Notes: generated from the sequence alone by a model not told the origin. Positions 1 to 13,063 are shown, numbered from the stretch's first letter. The stretch is 62,368 nt of DNA from Myxococcales bacterium (GCA_037441385.1 JBBISH010000023.1:1-62368), one strand, 5' to 3'. Numbers and translations: made by a program.

Positions 1-72
1 CGGTCGAATTCGTCAGCTTCCCGCTGTACAGCTTCGCCTGCGCGTCGGTGGCGGTTCCGGTCGGCCCTGTCC

Positions 73-1149
73 TCAATGAAAATGCGGAGTAGAAAATGCC
101 CCCCAAGGAGAACTCGAGCCTCGCAGGCTCCGCCAAGCGGCCCAGTAGTTGCCGGAGCAGACGCGTTCGACGCGCTCGGCCGTCCAACCGCGGGCGAACA
201 TCGCGGCCACCAGCCGCAAGTGGCCCAGTCCGTCGCGGAGTTCGCGGGGCGGGACGATGGCGCCGTCCAGGTCCGTGCCGATCGCTGCCACCGCCTCGCC
301 GCCGACCTGGATGGCGTGCTCGGCGTGGCGCAGCAGGGCCTGCAAGGTCCCGTCCCCCAAGAAGTTACTCGCGGCCATGATGCCAACCACGCCGCCGCTG
401 TCGGCAATCGCGCGGACCTGCTCGTCGCTCAGGTTTCGCCAGTGCGGGGTGACGCCGCTCAGGCCCGTGTGGGTGGCGATCAGGGGGCGGTCGCGGTCGT
501 GGCAGGCGACGGCGTCCCAAAAGGTCTGCGGGTGCGCGTGCGCCAGGTCCAGCCACACGCGGTGGCGGTCCATCGCGGCGATCACAGCGCGGCCGCGCTC
601 GGTCAGCCCCTTGTCGCGCCGCCAGCCGAGCGGACTCGAGCTCGCCCCCAGATCCGAATCCGTCAGGTGCACCAGGGTCGTGCGCGTCAGCCAACCGTCC
701 GCGAACACCGCGTCGAGGTCCGGCGCCGCCGAGAACGCGTTGGCACCCTGCACCGCTGGCAGGATGGCGTGGCGGCCGCCGGCCAGGATCGCGAGGGCCT
801 GAGCGGCGTTCTGGGCCAGACCGACGGCCTCGGCATGCTCCGCGGCCCAGTCAGAAAATGCCCCCCTATTGTGCAAGTACGTGCGCCAGCGCGATCCCGC
901 CCGCCGAAAGGGATTCGTGGTCAGCGACCAGCCGGCGGCCGTCACCCCCGCCTCGCGCAGGCGCGGCAAGTCCAGATGGCCAAAGAAGTGCCCACGCAGC
1001 AGGCCCAGTCCGTGGCGCTCCGCCGGGTCGTAGCCCCACAAACGCCTGGGAATCCACGTGTCGATGTGCAGATCGCACAGCCCGTGCCGCGTCAGGGCGC
1101 CGCGGGCCGTTTGCAGGTGGCTGGCATCGGTCGCGGGGGTGGGTCGCAT
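73..1149 (-). CDS. Membrane dipeptidase (peptidase M19, amidohydrolase fold)
   Basis: DLHIDT, DLAH, ATHT, RNLSDEQ and IGTDLDG motifs. ATG at 1149 follows AGAGG; the ORF track starts at 1170. Confidence 0.85.
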   Translation of the reverse strand: MRPTPATDASHLQTARGALTRHGLCDLHIDTWIPRRLWGYDPAERHGLGLLRGHFFGHLDLPRLREAGVTAAGWSLTTNPFRRAGSRWRTYLHNRGAFSDWAAEHAEAVGLAQNAAQALAILAGGRHAILPAVQGANAFSAAPDLDAVFADGWLTRTTLVHLTDSDLGASSSPLGWRRDKGLTERGRAVIAAMDRHRVWLDLAHAHPQTFWDAVACHDRDRPLIATHTGLSGVTPHWRNLSDEQVRAIADSGGVVGIMAASNFLGDGTLQALLRHAEHAIQVGGEAVAAIGTDLDGAIVPPRELRDGLGHLRLVAAMFARGWTAERVERVCSGNYWAAWRSLRGSSSPWGAFSTPHFH

Positions 1150-1241
1150 CGCCTCTCTGGGCACTGGCAAGTCGGCGCCGATCGTGCCATGGTCGGGCGA
1201 CCCACGGCTAGCGGCCGCCCACGGCTGCGCCAGAGGTGCCC

Positions 1242-1922
1242 ATGCAGCGACGCGCCGCGACCGTAATTCTGGCCCTACTCACCCAGGCTTGTGGCATCCA
1301 CTACTTGGCGCCGCCGCCCTTGCCGCCGCTGACCCCGCTCCCGGTCCCGCTGGCCGAGCACGCGCCGGCCCAAGGCGAGACCCCGGTCGTGCTCGACGTG
1401 GTCGGCGAGGCGGCCCGCGTCGACCGCATCGTCGGCCGCAGCCAGTACCCGCGCCTCAGCTATTCCGGGCGCGGCCGCTACTCGCAGACCTTGGTCTCTG
1501 GGGTGCAGAGCGTCCCGGTTTGCCAGGCGCCGTGCGTAGTTTCGCTCCCTCCTGGCGATCACGAGCTGCTCTTTACCGCGCTGGACCCCAACTCGCTCTC
1601 CAGCAGCGCCGCGTTCGTGCGGGTCGGCGGCCAGCCGCTCCTGGTCCGCCACGCGATGGGCTTCCGCGAGGAGCACGAAGGGCGGCTCGTAGCCTCGATC
1701 CTGCTGGGTAGCCTTGGGTTTTCCGCGCTCCTTACGGGCGGGTTGCTCGTCGGGATCGACAGTTCGCTGCCGCCCGACCAGAAGGGACTCTCGACCGCCG
1801 GCTGGTCCGTGCTGGGCGCCGGGGCTGCTGCGGCAACTGCCGCCATCTGGCTCGGTTTTAACGCCGAAACCACGGTTCAGCCCGGGGCGACCGCCGTGTA
1901 TCCGCTCGCTGCCGGCAACTGA
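1242..1922 (+). CDS. Hypothetical exported/membrane protein (possible lipoprotein)
   Basis: Hydrophobic signal ending TQAC, Pro-rich linker, two C-terminal hydrophobic helices. Confidence 0.6.
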   Translation: MQRRAATVILALLTQACGIHYLAPPPLPPLTPLPVPLAEHAPAQGETPVVLDVVGEAARVDRIVGRSQYPRLSYSGRGRYSQTLVSGVQSVPVCQAPCVVSLPPGDHELLFTALDPNSLSSSAAFVRVGGQPLLVRHAMGFREEHEGRLVASILLGSLGFSALLTGGLLVGIDSSLPPDQKGLSTAGWSVLGAGAAAATAAIWLGFNAETTVQPGATAVYPLAAGN

Positions 1923-2119
1923 CCCGATCACCCAGGCCAATCGATCGCTGTCGGGTAGCTCGGTGGACGGCGCGCATCACGGAAAGACCAAGAATTATCA
2001 AAGACATACGTGCAAGAAGACAGCGCCCAAGCGAAATTATTTCGCACGACCAACGGAATTTCGCCAGCCGTATACTGCAATCTATTGTTTATAAGTCAAA
2101 TCGTAGGGTGAAGCGCGCG

Positions 2120-3247
2120 CTAAGTCCCCAAATCGTGCTCGCCAGGGCGCGGCTCGTGCCAGCGCGTCGCCGCCAGCATCCCACACGCCGCCTGCCGCTG
2201 CTGGCCCCCCGAGTAGCGCCGCACGATGGGCTGGCCCAGCACCTGCAGCCGGTCGCGAAAGGCCTCCAGCTCTTCCGGTTCGGCGCGCGCGTAGCCGTCC
2301 TCGCGGGCGTCGTTGACGTCGATAAGGTTGATCCGCACCGGCAGGTCGCCCAAGAACCGTTGCAGGGCGTGCACTTCGTCGTCGCCCGTGTTCACGCCGC
2401 CCATCACCACCCACGCCACCGTCAGGCGCTGACCCGTGGCGGCATGCACCGTGCGCAGGGCCGCGGCCAACTCGGCGAGACCGTACTTATGGGTAATCGG
2501 CAGCAGCTGGGCGCGCTTGGCCTCCAGGGCCGAGGTCAGCGACACCACCAGCCGATAGGGCCGCTTTTCGGCCGCGAAACGGAGCATCTGCGGCACCAGC
2601 CCCACCGTGGAGATCGAGATCGCGGCCGCGGCGATGCGCCCCGTGTACGGCTGGGCGATGGCCTGAGCAGCGCGCATTACCTCGTCGTAGTTGTGGAACG
2701 GCTCGCCCTGGCCCATGAACACCGCGCCTGAGACGCGCCCCGGGGCCTCGCTGCGGACGATGCGAAAAGCCTCGACGATCTCCCAGGCCTGGAGGTGGCG
2801 CTGCAGCCCCAGGCGACCGGTTGCGCAAAATGTACAGCCCATCGCGCAGCCGACTTGCGACGAGAGGCACACCGTAAAGCAGCCCTGGGCCAGCAGCGGG
2901 ATGCGCACCGCTTCGTGGAGCGCGCCGTCGGGCGAGCGGAGCAGGTACTTGACGAAGCCGTCATTGGGATCCGTCGTGCGGTCGACGACTTGCAGGGTGT
3001 CGCGGCGGGTCAGCTCGGCGCAGGCCTGGCGCAGGTTGCGGCGCACCGGCCGGGGCGTCTCGCCGGGCACTTCGGGCCTGGCAAAGTGGCTGGCCAGCAG
3101 ACGGCGGGCGTCGGCCGCGCTGGCGCTGGGATCCCGACCGTGCAGCAGCTCGAGCAGCTCGGTCTCGCTCAGGGCGGCTAGGTGCGGCAGGGGCGTCGTC
3201 ACGCCGGCAGTGTAGGGGATGAAGTCGGCCGTGGCCAGCGTTCTCAA
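2120..3247 (-). CDS. RlmN/Cfr-family radical SAM RNA methyltransferase
   Basis: CLSSQVGCAMGCTFC (CxxxCxxC), MGQGEP and C-terminal AACGML. Start may be GTG at 3202. Confidence 0.85.
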   Translation of the reverse strand: MRTLATADFIPYTAGVTTPLPHLAALSETELLELLHGRDPSASAADARRLLASHFARPEVPGETPRPVRRNLRQACAELTRRDTLQVVDRTTDPNDGFVKYLLRSPDGALHEAVRIPLLAQGCFTVCLSSQVGCAMGCTFCATGRLGLQRHLQAWEIVEAFRIVRSEAPGRVSGAVFMGQGEPFHNYDEVMRAAQAIAQPYTGRIAAAAISISTVGLVPQMLRFAAEKRPYRLVVSLTSALEAKRAQLLPITHKYGLAELAAALRTVHAATGQRLTVAWVVMGGVNTGDDEVHALQRFLGDLPVRINLIDVNDAREDGYARAEPEELEAFRDRLQVLGQPIVRRYSGGQQRQAACGMLAATRWHEPRPGEHDLGT

Positions 3248-3287
3248 TCGTTCCGGGCGGGTACCGAGCCCGGTTTGACAGGCGGTC

Positions 3288-3319
3288 TGACACCAAGCAC
3301 CCTTGTGTCAGATCCATGA
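3288..3319. repeat. 32-bp direct repeat, copy 1 (TGACACCAAGCACCCTTGTGTCAGATCCATGA)
   Basis: 30/32 identical to 59345-59376; contains a GACAC-N11-GTGTC inverted repeat. Confidence 0.85.
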
Positions 3320-3349
3320 TCTGCAAACAAAAAACACCCAAGAGGACCC

Positions 3350-4306
3350 ATGCGCGCGCTCGTTTCTTTGTCTGGCAACCAGCCCTTGGCGTGGCGCGAC
3401 TTGCCCCTGCCGGCCCTGGGGCCGAGCGATGTGCGCGTGCGGGTGGCGGCGGCCGGCGTCAACCCAGTGGATTGGAAGATGCGCGACGGCGACCTGCTGG
3501 GCGTGCTGCAGCGGCTGCTTGGGCCGCGCGGGCCGCTGGTGCCGGGCATCGATTTTGCCGGCGAAGTCGAGGCGGTGGGCGCCCAGGTTCGCGACCTGGC
3601 CGTGGGCGACCAGGTGGTGGGCGGCACCAACTTCTCGCGCGGTCAGCACGGCAGCTACGCGAGCCATGTGCAGGTGCGGGCCGACCAACTGGCCAAGATC
3701 CCGGCGGGTGTGGACCTGGCGCAGGCGGCCTGCCTGCCGGTGGCGGCGGGTACGGCGGCGATTGCGCTGTTCGAGGTGGGTAAACTGCGCGAGCGGGCGT
3801 CGAAGAAGGTCTTGATTCTGGGGGCTTCAGGCGGCGTCGGCCACATCGCGCTGCAGCTGGCGCACGCGGCCGGGGCGACGGTGTTCGGGGTGTGCTCGGC
3901 GCGGAACGTCAAGCTGGTCGAAGAGTTGGGGGCTACGGCGGTGGACTACACCCAGGATGGCTGGCGCGAGCGCATCGCCGCGGCAGGGCCGTGGGACATC
4001 GTCGTCGACGGCGTGGGCACGGCGAGCTACCCGGCGCCCCTGTGTCTGAGTTGGCTGGCCAAGGACGGCGCTCACGTGCTGGTGGTGCCTAAAGGTATGG
4101 ATTTCTGGCGGGTTCTGGTGCCGGGCCGCTCGCACACCGTGCTGACGCGGGCGACCACGGAGCGGCTGCAGCCATTGGTCGACGCGCTGGCCGACGGCTC
4201 GCTGCGGGTCCACCTGCAAGAGCGCATCCCGCTGGTCGAGGCCGAGCGGGCCCACGCGCTCTCGCGCCAGGGCAAGGTGGTGGGCAAGCTGGTGCTGGTG
4301 GCGTAG
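3350..4306 (+). CDS. NAD(P)-dependent medium-chain oxidoreductase (quinone oxidoreductase-like)
   Basis: AAGVNPVDWK, PGIDFAGEV, GASGGVG and GKVVGKLVL motifs. Confidence 0.9.
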   Translation: MRALVSLSGNQPLAWRDLPLPALGPSDVRVRVAAAGVNPVDWKMRDGDLLGVLQRLLGPRGPLVPGIDFAGEVEAVGAQVRDLAVGDQVVGGTNFSRGQHGSYASHVQVRADQLAKIPAGVDLAQAACLPVAAGTAAIALFEVGKLRERASKKVLILGASGGVGHIALQLAHAAGATVFGVCSARNVKLVEELGATAVDYTQDGWRERIAAAGPWDIVVDGVGTASYPAPLCLSWLAKDGAHVLVVPKGMDFWRVLVPGRSHTVLTRATTERLQPLVDALADGSLRVHLQERIPLVEAERAHALSRQGKVVGKLVLVA

Positions 4307-4558
4307 GTGCGGCGGCATGGTCGGCCTTTGGGCGTCCCGGGCCGGCGGAGATCGATCTCGCTACGAATTCCAGGCTCCTGCGCCGGCCCGTCGCGCTACG
4401 GGCGCCGGGGCACGTGGATCTGGCCGGGACACCGGGTGCTTGGCCCCGGCGCAGGCGGCGCTACGTCGCGCCACCTCCCTGCGGGCCTGTATCGCTGACG
4501 CAAACTGCACGCGAAGTCGGATGACCGGCAAAAATTACTTGTAGTCTTGGCTGCCTGC

Positions 4559-4586
4559 GGACTTGTTGCGGCGCCACAACTTCCTC
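4559..4586. repeat. Island palindromic site 1 (GGACTTGTTGC GGCGCC ACAACTTCCTC)
   Basis: Degenerate copy of the GTTGC-N6-GCAAC palindrome with the shared left flank (CGGCAAAAAT...GTAGTCTTG). Confidence 0.8.
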
Positions 4587-4692
4587 GCCTCGCCGGCCAA
4601 CTCGGCACTGCCCCAGCCCCACATTGGACCCCGCCCGGCGCCTCGGCTATCCTCGCCCCGGCCCTTTCACCGCCGCTCCTGGACCCGCCGCC

Positions 4693-7518
4693 GTGACCGT
4701 GCCCCAGTCCTCCGCCGCGCCCGTCGCCCCGTCGCCCCTGGCCGCCCGCTGGCCACAGCTGCTGGGCTACTGGCTCGATTGCGTGCGCGAAGACGCCAGC
4801 TTTGACGCCCGCTGCCCGTTCGCCGACCTGGGTAAGGTGTGGCTGCCGCTGGATGGCGCCGACGCGCTGCGGCTGGTGGTGGGTGACCCGCAGGACCCTG
4901 TGCGCCTGCCGCTGGCGGGACCGGGCGAGGCCCTGGCGCGGTTGGCCCGCAAAGAACGCCATAGCTCGCGGGTCTTTGTGGGCCTGCCTTGCTGGCACGA
5001 CGGCAAGTCCGCGCCGCGTGGCGGTGGCAAGACCCTGTGGCCGCTGCTGCTTTACCCGCTGCAGTGGGTCGAAGACGGCCGCCACCTGCTGCTGCGGCGC
5101 GACGGCGACTGGCCGTTTTTCAACGCCCAGGCCCTCGACGCGCTGGCGCCCTCGGTCGAAGAGCGACGGAGCCTGTTTTCGGGCCTGGGGCTGGTCGACT
5201 GCGAGGTCCCGCCGCCGCCGGCCCGGCTGCTGGCGACTCTGAGCCGCTACTTGCCCGGCCCGCAGCCCGTGGACGCCCCCAGCGAAGCGGCGCCCTGGCC
5301 GGCCATGCCCTTGGGCGAGGCTGACTTGGCAGCGGCGGGCTGGCTGACCCAGGCGGTCCTGGTGGCCGGCGACCGTCCAGCGTGGACGCGCGGTTTGGCC
5401 ATCGAGTTGGAACGCCTACAGCGATCGGCCACCCCCGACCTGCTGCGCGGCACTGCCCTGGCGCCTTGGCTCGCCGATGGCCCTGCCGTTCTGCCGGCCG
5501 AAACCCGCGACGACTTCTGGCCAGCGCTGCCGCTGGGCCCCGACCAGTCCGAGGCGGTCCGCGCGGCCCAGCACGCGCCCCTGACGGTCATCACCGGGCC
5601 GCCTGGCACCGGCAAGTCGCAGGTGGTGGTGGCGATCCTGGCCGAGGCCTGGCAGCGTGGCCAGCGGGTGCTGTTTGCCAGCCGCAATCACCACGCCGTC
5701 GACGTGGTCGAAGAGCGCCTGCGCGCGGTGCTGGGGCGGCAGCTGGCGGTGCGCGCCGGTCGCAAAGCCGGCGAGCGCGACCTGCGCCAGGGCCTCATCG
5801 AGCTGCTGCACGCGCTGCTGACCGAGCGGCCCAGCGACGCCGAGCGCCAAGCTCGCGCCAACCTTGCAGAACAGCTGCGCCAGCTGGGGCTGCAGCACGC
5901 CGAGGTGTTTGCCCAGCTGCAAACGGCCGCGCTGGCCCAGGCTGCGCCCAGCGACCCGACCGCGGGGACCTGGCTGCGGCGGGTGCTGGGCCGCACCGAG
6001 CCGGCGGCGACGCTTCCCGACCGATCGCTGGCCGTGACCAAGTTGGCTAGTCTGCAAGGGCAGTTGCAGCAGGTGCAGCGGCAGTTCCTGCGGGCGGCGC
6101 TGGCGACCTTGCCCGATCAGCTGGACGGACCGGCGCGGCGGGCCATCGGCCAGTACCGCGCGACCCTGGAGCGGTTGTCGGGCGACGAACTCGGCGGCGG
6201 CACCTTTGCTTCGCTGCAGCAGGACCTGGAGCGGCTGTTTGCCCAAGTCAGCGCGGTGCTGCCGCTGTGGTGCGTGACCAACCTGTCGGCGCGTTCGTCG
6301 CTGCCGCTGGTGCCGGGGCTGTTCGACCTGGTCATCTTGGACGAGGCCAGCCAGTGCGACATCGCCTCGGCGATCCCGCTGCTCTATCGCGCCAAGCGGG
6401 CGGTGATCATCGGCGACCCGCAGCAGCTGCGCCACATTGCAGGGATGGCGCGCCACGCCGACCAGCTCTTGCAGCAGCGCCACGGCCTGGTGGCGGCGGC
6501 CGATCAGCCGTTTTCCTACAGCCTGAACTCGCTGTTCGACCTGGCCTCGACCTGGGCCGAGCCCGGGCAGGTGCACACGCTGCGCCAGCATTTTCGCAGC
6601 CACCCCGAGATCATCGGCTTTGCCAACCAACAATTCTACGGCGGTCGGCTGGCCATCGGCACCGATTTGGCGCAGCTGGTGGTGCCGGACGAGCAGCGCC
6701 CGGGCCTGTTGTGGACCGAGGTCGAGAGCCGCCTGAAGCGCCCGCCCGATGGCGGCTGCCTGGCGCCCGAAGAGGCCGAGGCGGTGGCGGCGTGGGTGGT
6801 CAAGCTGGTCAAACAGCAGGCCTTTGCCGGCTCGGTGGGGGTGGTGGCGCCGTTTCGCGCCCAGGCGAACCGCATCCGCGCTCTGCTGGCGGCGCGCCTG
6901 GACGGGCGCGAGCTGCAGCGCTGCAGCGTGGTGGTCGACACCGCCCACGGGCTGCAGGGCGACGAGCGCGACGTAGTGGTGTTCTCGCCCTGCGTCGGCC
7001 GCAACATGCCCGAAGGTGCGCGGCGCTTCTTGGCCGACAACGGTCACCTGCTCAACGTGGCGGTTACCCGCGCCAAGGCAGTGCTGCACGTGTTCGGTGA
7101 CCGCGCGGCCGCCCGCTACGGCGACATTGCCCACTTGCGGGCGCTGGCCGAGTGGAGCCTGGATCCGGCGGCGGCGGCTCAAGCTGCAGCGGCAGCGACC
7201 CTGGCCGAGACCGACAGCCCGGCCGAAGCAGCGCTGTTGGCGGCCTTGCGCGAACTGTCGCTGCCGGTGATGGCGCAGTTTGCGGTGCCGCCTTATCGGC
7301 TGGACCTGGCGCTGTGCGAAGGCGAAAAACGCCTGGCGGTGGAAGTGGATGGCGCGCCGTGGCACCAGCTGGGGGCGGCGGCGTGGCGGCGCGACCTGCT
7401 GCGCGATGCAGCGCTGGCGGCCAAGGGCTGGGCGGTGCTGCGGCTGACGGCGGCGGAGGTGCTGGCCGAGCCGGCGCTGGCGGCGGAGCGGGTGCGGCAG
7501 GTTTGGTTGGCCGAATAA
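4693..7518 (+). CDS. SF1 (DNA2/NAM7-like) helicase with C-terminal Vsr/DUF559-type endonuclease
   Basis: GPPGTGKS, DEASQ, IGDPQQL, HFRS, QGDERD and LNVAVTRA motifs; C-terminal DSPAE...AVEVDG..WH...RD..RD...GW. GTG start inferred. Confidence 0.88.
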   Translation: MTVPQSSAAPVAPSPLAARWPQLLGYWLDCVREDASFDARCPFADLGKVWLPLDGADALRLVVGDPQDPVRLPLAGPGEALARLARKERHSSRVFVGLPCWHDGKSAPRGGGKTLWPLLLYPLQWVEDGRHLLLRRDGDWPFFNAQALDALAPSVEERRSLFSGLGLVDCEVPPPPARLLATLSRYLPGPQPVDAPSEAAPWPAMPLGEADLAAAGWLTQAVLVAGDRPAWTRGLAIELERLQRSATPDLLRGTALAPWLADGPAVLPAETRDDFWPALPLGPDQSEAVRAAQHAPLTVITGPPGTGKSQVVVAILAEAWQRGQRVLFASRNHHAVDVVEERLRAVLGRQLAVRAGRKAGERDLRQGLIELLHALLTERPSDAERQARANLAEQLRQLGLQHAEVFAQLQTAALAQAAPSDPTAGTWLRRVLGRTEPAATLPDRSLAVTKLASLQGQLQQVQRQFLRAALATLPDQLDGPARRAIGQYRATLERLSGDELGGGTFASLQQDLERLFAQVSAVLPLWCVTNLSARSSLPLVPGLFDLVILDEASQCDIASAIPLLYRAKRAVIIGDPQQLRHIAGMARHADQLLQQRHGLVAAADQPFSYSLNSLFDLASTWAEPGQVHTLRQHFRSHPEIIGFANQQFYGGRLAIGTDLAQLVVPDEQRPGLLWTEVESRLKRPPDGGCLAPEEAEAVAAWVVKLVKQQAFAGSVGVVAPFRAQANRIRALLAARLDGRELQRCSVVVDTAHGLQGDERDVVVFSPCVGRNMPEGARRFLADNGHLLNVAVTRAKAVLHVFGDRAAARYGDIAHLRALAEWSLDPAAAAQAAAAATLAETDSPAEAALLAALRELSLPVMAQFAVPPYRLDLALCEGEKRLAVEVDGAPWHQLGAAAWRRDLLRDAALAAKGWAVLRLTAAEVLAEPALAAERVRQVWLAE

Positions 7519-7584
7519 GGGCTGCGCAAACTCAGCAGAAGGAACACGTCTGGCCAGAAATCATGCGTCGTCTTGGGCAGGTGT

Positions 7585-7612
7585 GGACAAGTTGCGACGT
7601 CGCAACTTCCTC
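7585..7612. repeat. Island palindromic site 2 (GGACAAGTTGC GACGTC GCAACTTCCTC)
   Basis: Intergenic; the centre differs but remains palindromic. Confidence 0.9.
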
Positions 7613-7711
7613 CCCGTCCGCGCCCACCCACCCAGACGCGCCGCCACCCGGCCCTTGCCAACCCGCATCACCCGTGCCAACTTGCGCGCCGTCTTCGCCC
7701 AAGGCAGCGCC

Positions 7712-10381
<2,670 letters not shown>

Positions 10382-10390
10382 GAGGTCGCG

Positions 10391-11533
10391 ATGGCTCGCT
10401 GGAGCAGCTACGGGTCGATGTGGAAGCCCTACGTGTCGGTGGCCGAGCGCCGCCAAAACGCCCAGAAAGAGGTGCAGAAACTCGCCAAGAAGGGCCAGGT
10501 GGTCGCGCCGGTGGTCGTTGCCGGCCGCGCCATCGCCACCACGTTTTGGGGCAAGGCCTGGTGCGAACAGCTTGAAAAGCACTGCGATTATGCCAACCGC
10601 CTGCCGCGCGGCCGGACTTATGTGCGCAACGGCTCGGTGGTCGATCTGCAGATCCAGCCGGGCCAGGTGCGGGCGCTGGTGAGCGGCTCCGAGCTCTACA
10701 AGGTGGCGGTGCAGGTCGCGCCGTTGCCCGCCGAGCGGTGGGCGGCGCTGGCCAGCGACTGCGTGGGCCAGATCGACTCGCTGGTCGAGCTGCTGCAAGG
10801 CAAGCTGGCCAAGGGCGTGCTGGCGCGGCTGTGTCACCCCAGCCAGGGCCTGTTGCCGCAGGCGCGCGAGCTGACGTTTTCGTGCAGCTGCCCGGATTAC
10901 GCCAGCTTGTGCAAGCACGTAGCGGCGGTGCTGTACGGCGTGGGCAGTCGGCTGGACCAGGCGCCCGAGCTGCTGTTCGTGCTGCGGCAGGTCGATCAGA
11001 CGGAATTGCTGAGTCAGGTGGCGGTGCCGGCGCTGGCCGGGGCGGCGGCCGAGACCGATTGGGGCGACGCGGACTTGGGCGATGTGTTTGGTTTGGATAT
11101 GGAGGCTGGCGTGGCGCCGCTGCCGGTGGCCGTGGCCGAGCCGACGGTTGTACCGGCCATGCGGCGGATCGTGCTGCCGCCCAAGCCTGTGGCCAAGTCC
11201 AAGGCAAGCCGAGCCAAGCCGGCCAAAGGCAAGGTACTTCGCGTCCAGGGAGAACCTGTAGTGCCGCCGGCGACTCCAGCGCAGCAAGTTGCCGACACGC
11301 CGCGCAAAGTGCCCGCAGCCAAGCCCGAGCCGCCGGCGGCCGCCTTTGTGCTTGGGGTGTTGCGGCAGTATCCCGAGCAGGAATGCAGCGTGGCCGACCT
11401 GCACGCCTGGCAGGAGCGGCCCGACCAGCACAGTCGGCAGGCGCTGGCGGCGGCGCTGCTGCACTTGCGGGCCAAGGGGTTGGTGGCGAGCAGCAAGGAC
11501 ATGGACGGCAAGGTGTATTGGCGGGGCGTGTAG
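10391..11533 (+). CDS. SWIM zinc-finger protein (SNF2 partner) with possible C-terminal winged helix
   Basis: RLPRGRTYVRNG and CSCPDYASLCKH motifs; GGAGG RBS. Confidence 0.88.
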   Translation: MARWSSYGSMWKPYVSVAERRQNAQKEVQKLAKKGQVVAPVVVAGRAIATTFWGKAWCEQLEKHCDYANRLPRGRTYVRNGSVVDLQIQPGQVRALVSGSELYKVAVQVAPLPAERWAALASDCVGQIDSLVELLQGKLAKGVLARLCHPSQGLLPQARELTFSCSCPDYASLCKHVAAVLYGVGSRLDQAPELLFVLRQVDQTELLSQVAVPALAGAAAETDWGDADLGDVFGLDMEAGVAPLPVAVAEPTVVPAMRRIVLPPKPVAKSKASRAKPAKGKVLRVQGEPVVPPATPAQQVADTPRKVPAAKPEPPAAAFVLGVLRQYPEQECSVADLHAWQERPDQHSRQALAAALLHLRAKGLVASSKDMDGKVYWRGV

Positions 11534-11633
11534 GGCAGCGGTGCGCGGTGGTTCGGCAGCGGTATTGCTGGCGGAAACTGGACGTATTCGTCGTCAGCGC
11601 GGGCAAGATCGCGTGTAGTCCTAGGCAGGTGGG

Positions 11634-11661
11634 GTACTTGTTGCGGCGCCGCAACGCGCTG
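11634..11661. repeat. Island palindromic site 3 (GTACTTGTTGC GGCGCC GCAACGCGCTG)
   Basis: Perfect 16-bp core at 11640-11655; shared left flank. Confidence 0.85.
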
Positions 11662-12110
11662 CGCGCCGGAGCAGTGGCTAGGCCGGCGTCTTGACTGGAG
11701 GTTCAGCGGAGAATCGGCGTTGACGCGGGTCGATCACATGCTTCGAGCCGCTGTCTGAGGCCGGAAGGCCCGGGTTGGCGCACGCGATGTGAGCGTTGCG
11801 GTGGTTGGTTTCGGAGGCGCTTGCCCTTCCTTTGTGTCAACGTTGATAACGCCGACATATGCACTGCTGCGGCCGCCGCATGGCCCCACAATGACGTCGC
11901 CGCCGGCCAGCAGCGTGGCGGTCGGGCGAGATTACGGCGACGGAAGACCACAGACCCAGGCGCGCGAGTCTGACGCGAATGGTGCAGTGCACCCAACTCT
12001 AGTCTTCCCGCCGTCGCGGCCCGGTCTTGCAGCAAGCCATGGACGAGCGGATGACCAGTGTAGTAGATCGCTTGCTGGGACTCAGTGCAGTCTGCTGGGG
12101 GGCGTAACCC

Positions 12111-12962
12111 ATGACCGATACTCTTGAAGGCGCCGACGACGAGCCAGACCTCGGCCTTGAGCTTCATCCGCCATACCGGAACTACCTCGTCTTCTGCGAC
12201 GAGTCGGGCAGCCACGGAACTCGCTGCTACGCTTTCGGCTCGCTATGGATGCCCAGCCAACGACGCGGGCAATTTGCCGCGCTGATTGCCGACATCCGCC
12301 GCCGTCACCCCTACGGCGCCGAAGAGATCAAGTGGACCAAGGTCAACACGGCGAAGCTGTCCATGTACAAGGAGCTCGTCGACATGTTCTTCAAGCACAA
12401 CTGGTTGATGTTTCATTGCCTGATCGTGCGCAAGGCGGAAGTCGACCCGGCCTTTCACGATGGCGACTATGAACTCGCACGGCAGAAGCACTACACCATG
12501 CTGCTATCGACGAAGATCAAGCAATTCTCCGCCGGCGCCGCGGACAAGCGCTATCACGTCCGCGTGGACGCACTGCCGTTCTCGTACGGCAAGGCGGACG
12601 AGGTAATGCACAAGGTCGCGAACAATCAGGTGCATCAAGCGCTTTCGACGGTGCCCGTGGCCACGTTGCGCGCGTGTGACTCGAAGCTGACGCCCGGCAT
12701 TGGCTTGGCCGACGTGCTGCTCGGCGCAGCGGCTTCGCCGTGGCAGAAGGAGGTTCCTGGCGGGCCGAAGTTGGAGCTCGCTCATTACGTGGCGCGACAC
12801 CTGGGTTGGGAGGACATGGGTGCCGACACGCGACGGGACCAGTGGAAGTACAACATCTGGTTCTTCCATGATCCCGTCAAGGATGGCCCGCGGTTGGTGA
12901 CCACCCGGTCGGTTGTGCATCGCTTCCCGGTGCCAGCATGGACGTCGAGGAGGTCGACCTGA
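12111..12962 (+). CDS. DUF3800-family protein
   Basis: N-terminal FCDESG, EIKW, and C-terminal DSK...IGLADVL (Q/xLAD-type motif). Confidence 0.75.
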   Translation: MTDTLEGADDEPDLGLELHPPYRNYLVFCDESGSHGTRCYAFGSLWMPSQRRGQFAALIADIRRRHPYGAEEIKWTKVNTAKLSMYKELVDMFFKHNWLMFHCLIVRKAEVDPAFHDGDYELARQKHYTMLLSTKIKQFSAGAADKRYHVRVDALPFSYGKADEVMHKVANNQVHQALSTVPVATLRACDSKLTPGIGLADVLLGAAASPWQKEVPGGPKLELAHYVARHLGWEDMGADTRRDQWKYNIWFFHDPVKDGPRLVTTRSVVHRFPVPAWTSRRST

Positions 12963-13063
12963 AGGCTGGTTGGTGCCCGCCGCCACCCCGACTTTGCGTT
13001 CCATGTTCCGCAAAAGGGGCCATGTTCCACATGCTGCGGAACGCGCAAGAACCTGAAACCGAT

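Noticed and set aside
7583..7711. ORF-track N-terminal extensions reading KLRRRN or VAAPQL (also at 13794, 21215 and the 29804 start)
   Set aside because: These are translations of the non-coding palindrome, not a protein motif.
11835..11865. TCAACGTTGATAACGCCGACATATGC as a dif-like site
   Set aside because: Poor match to the XerD arm; single copy.
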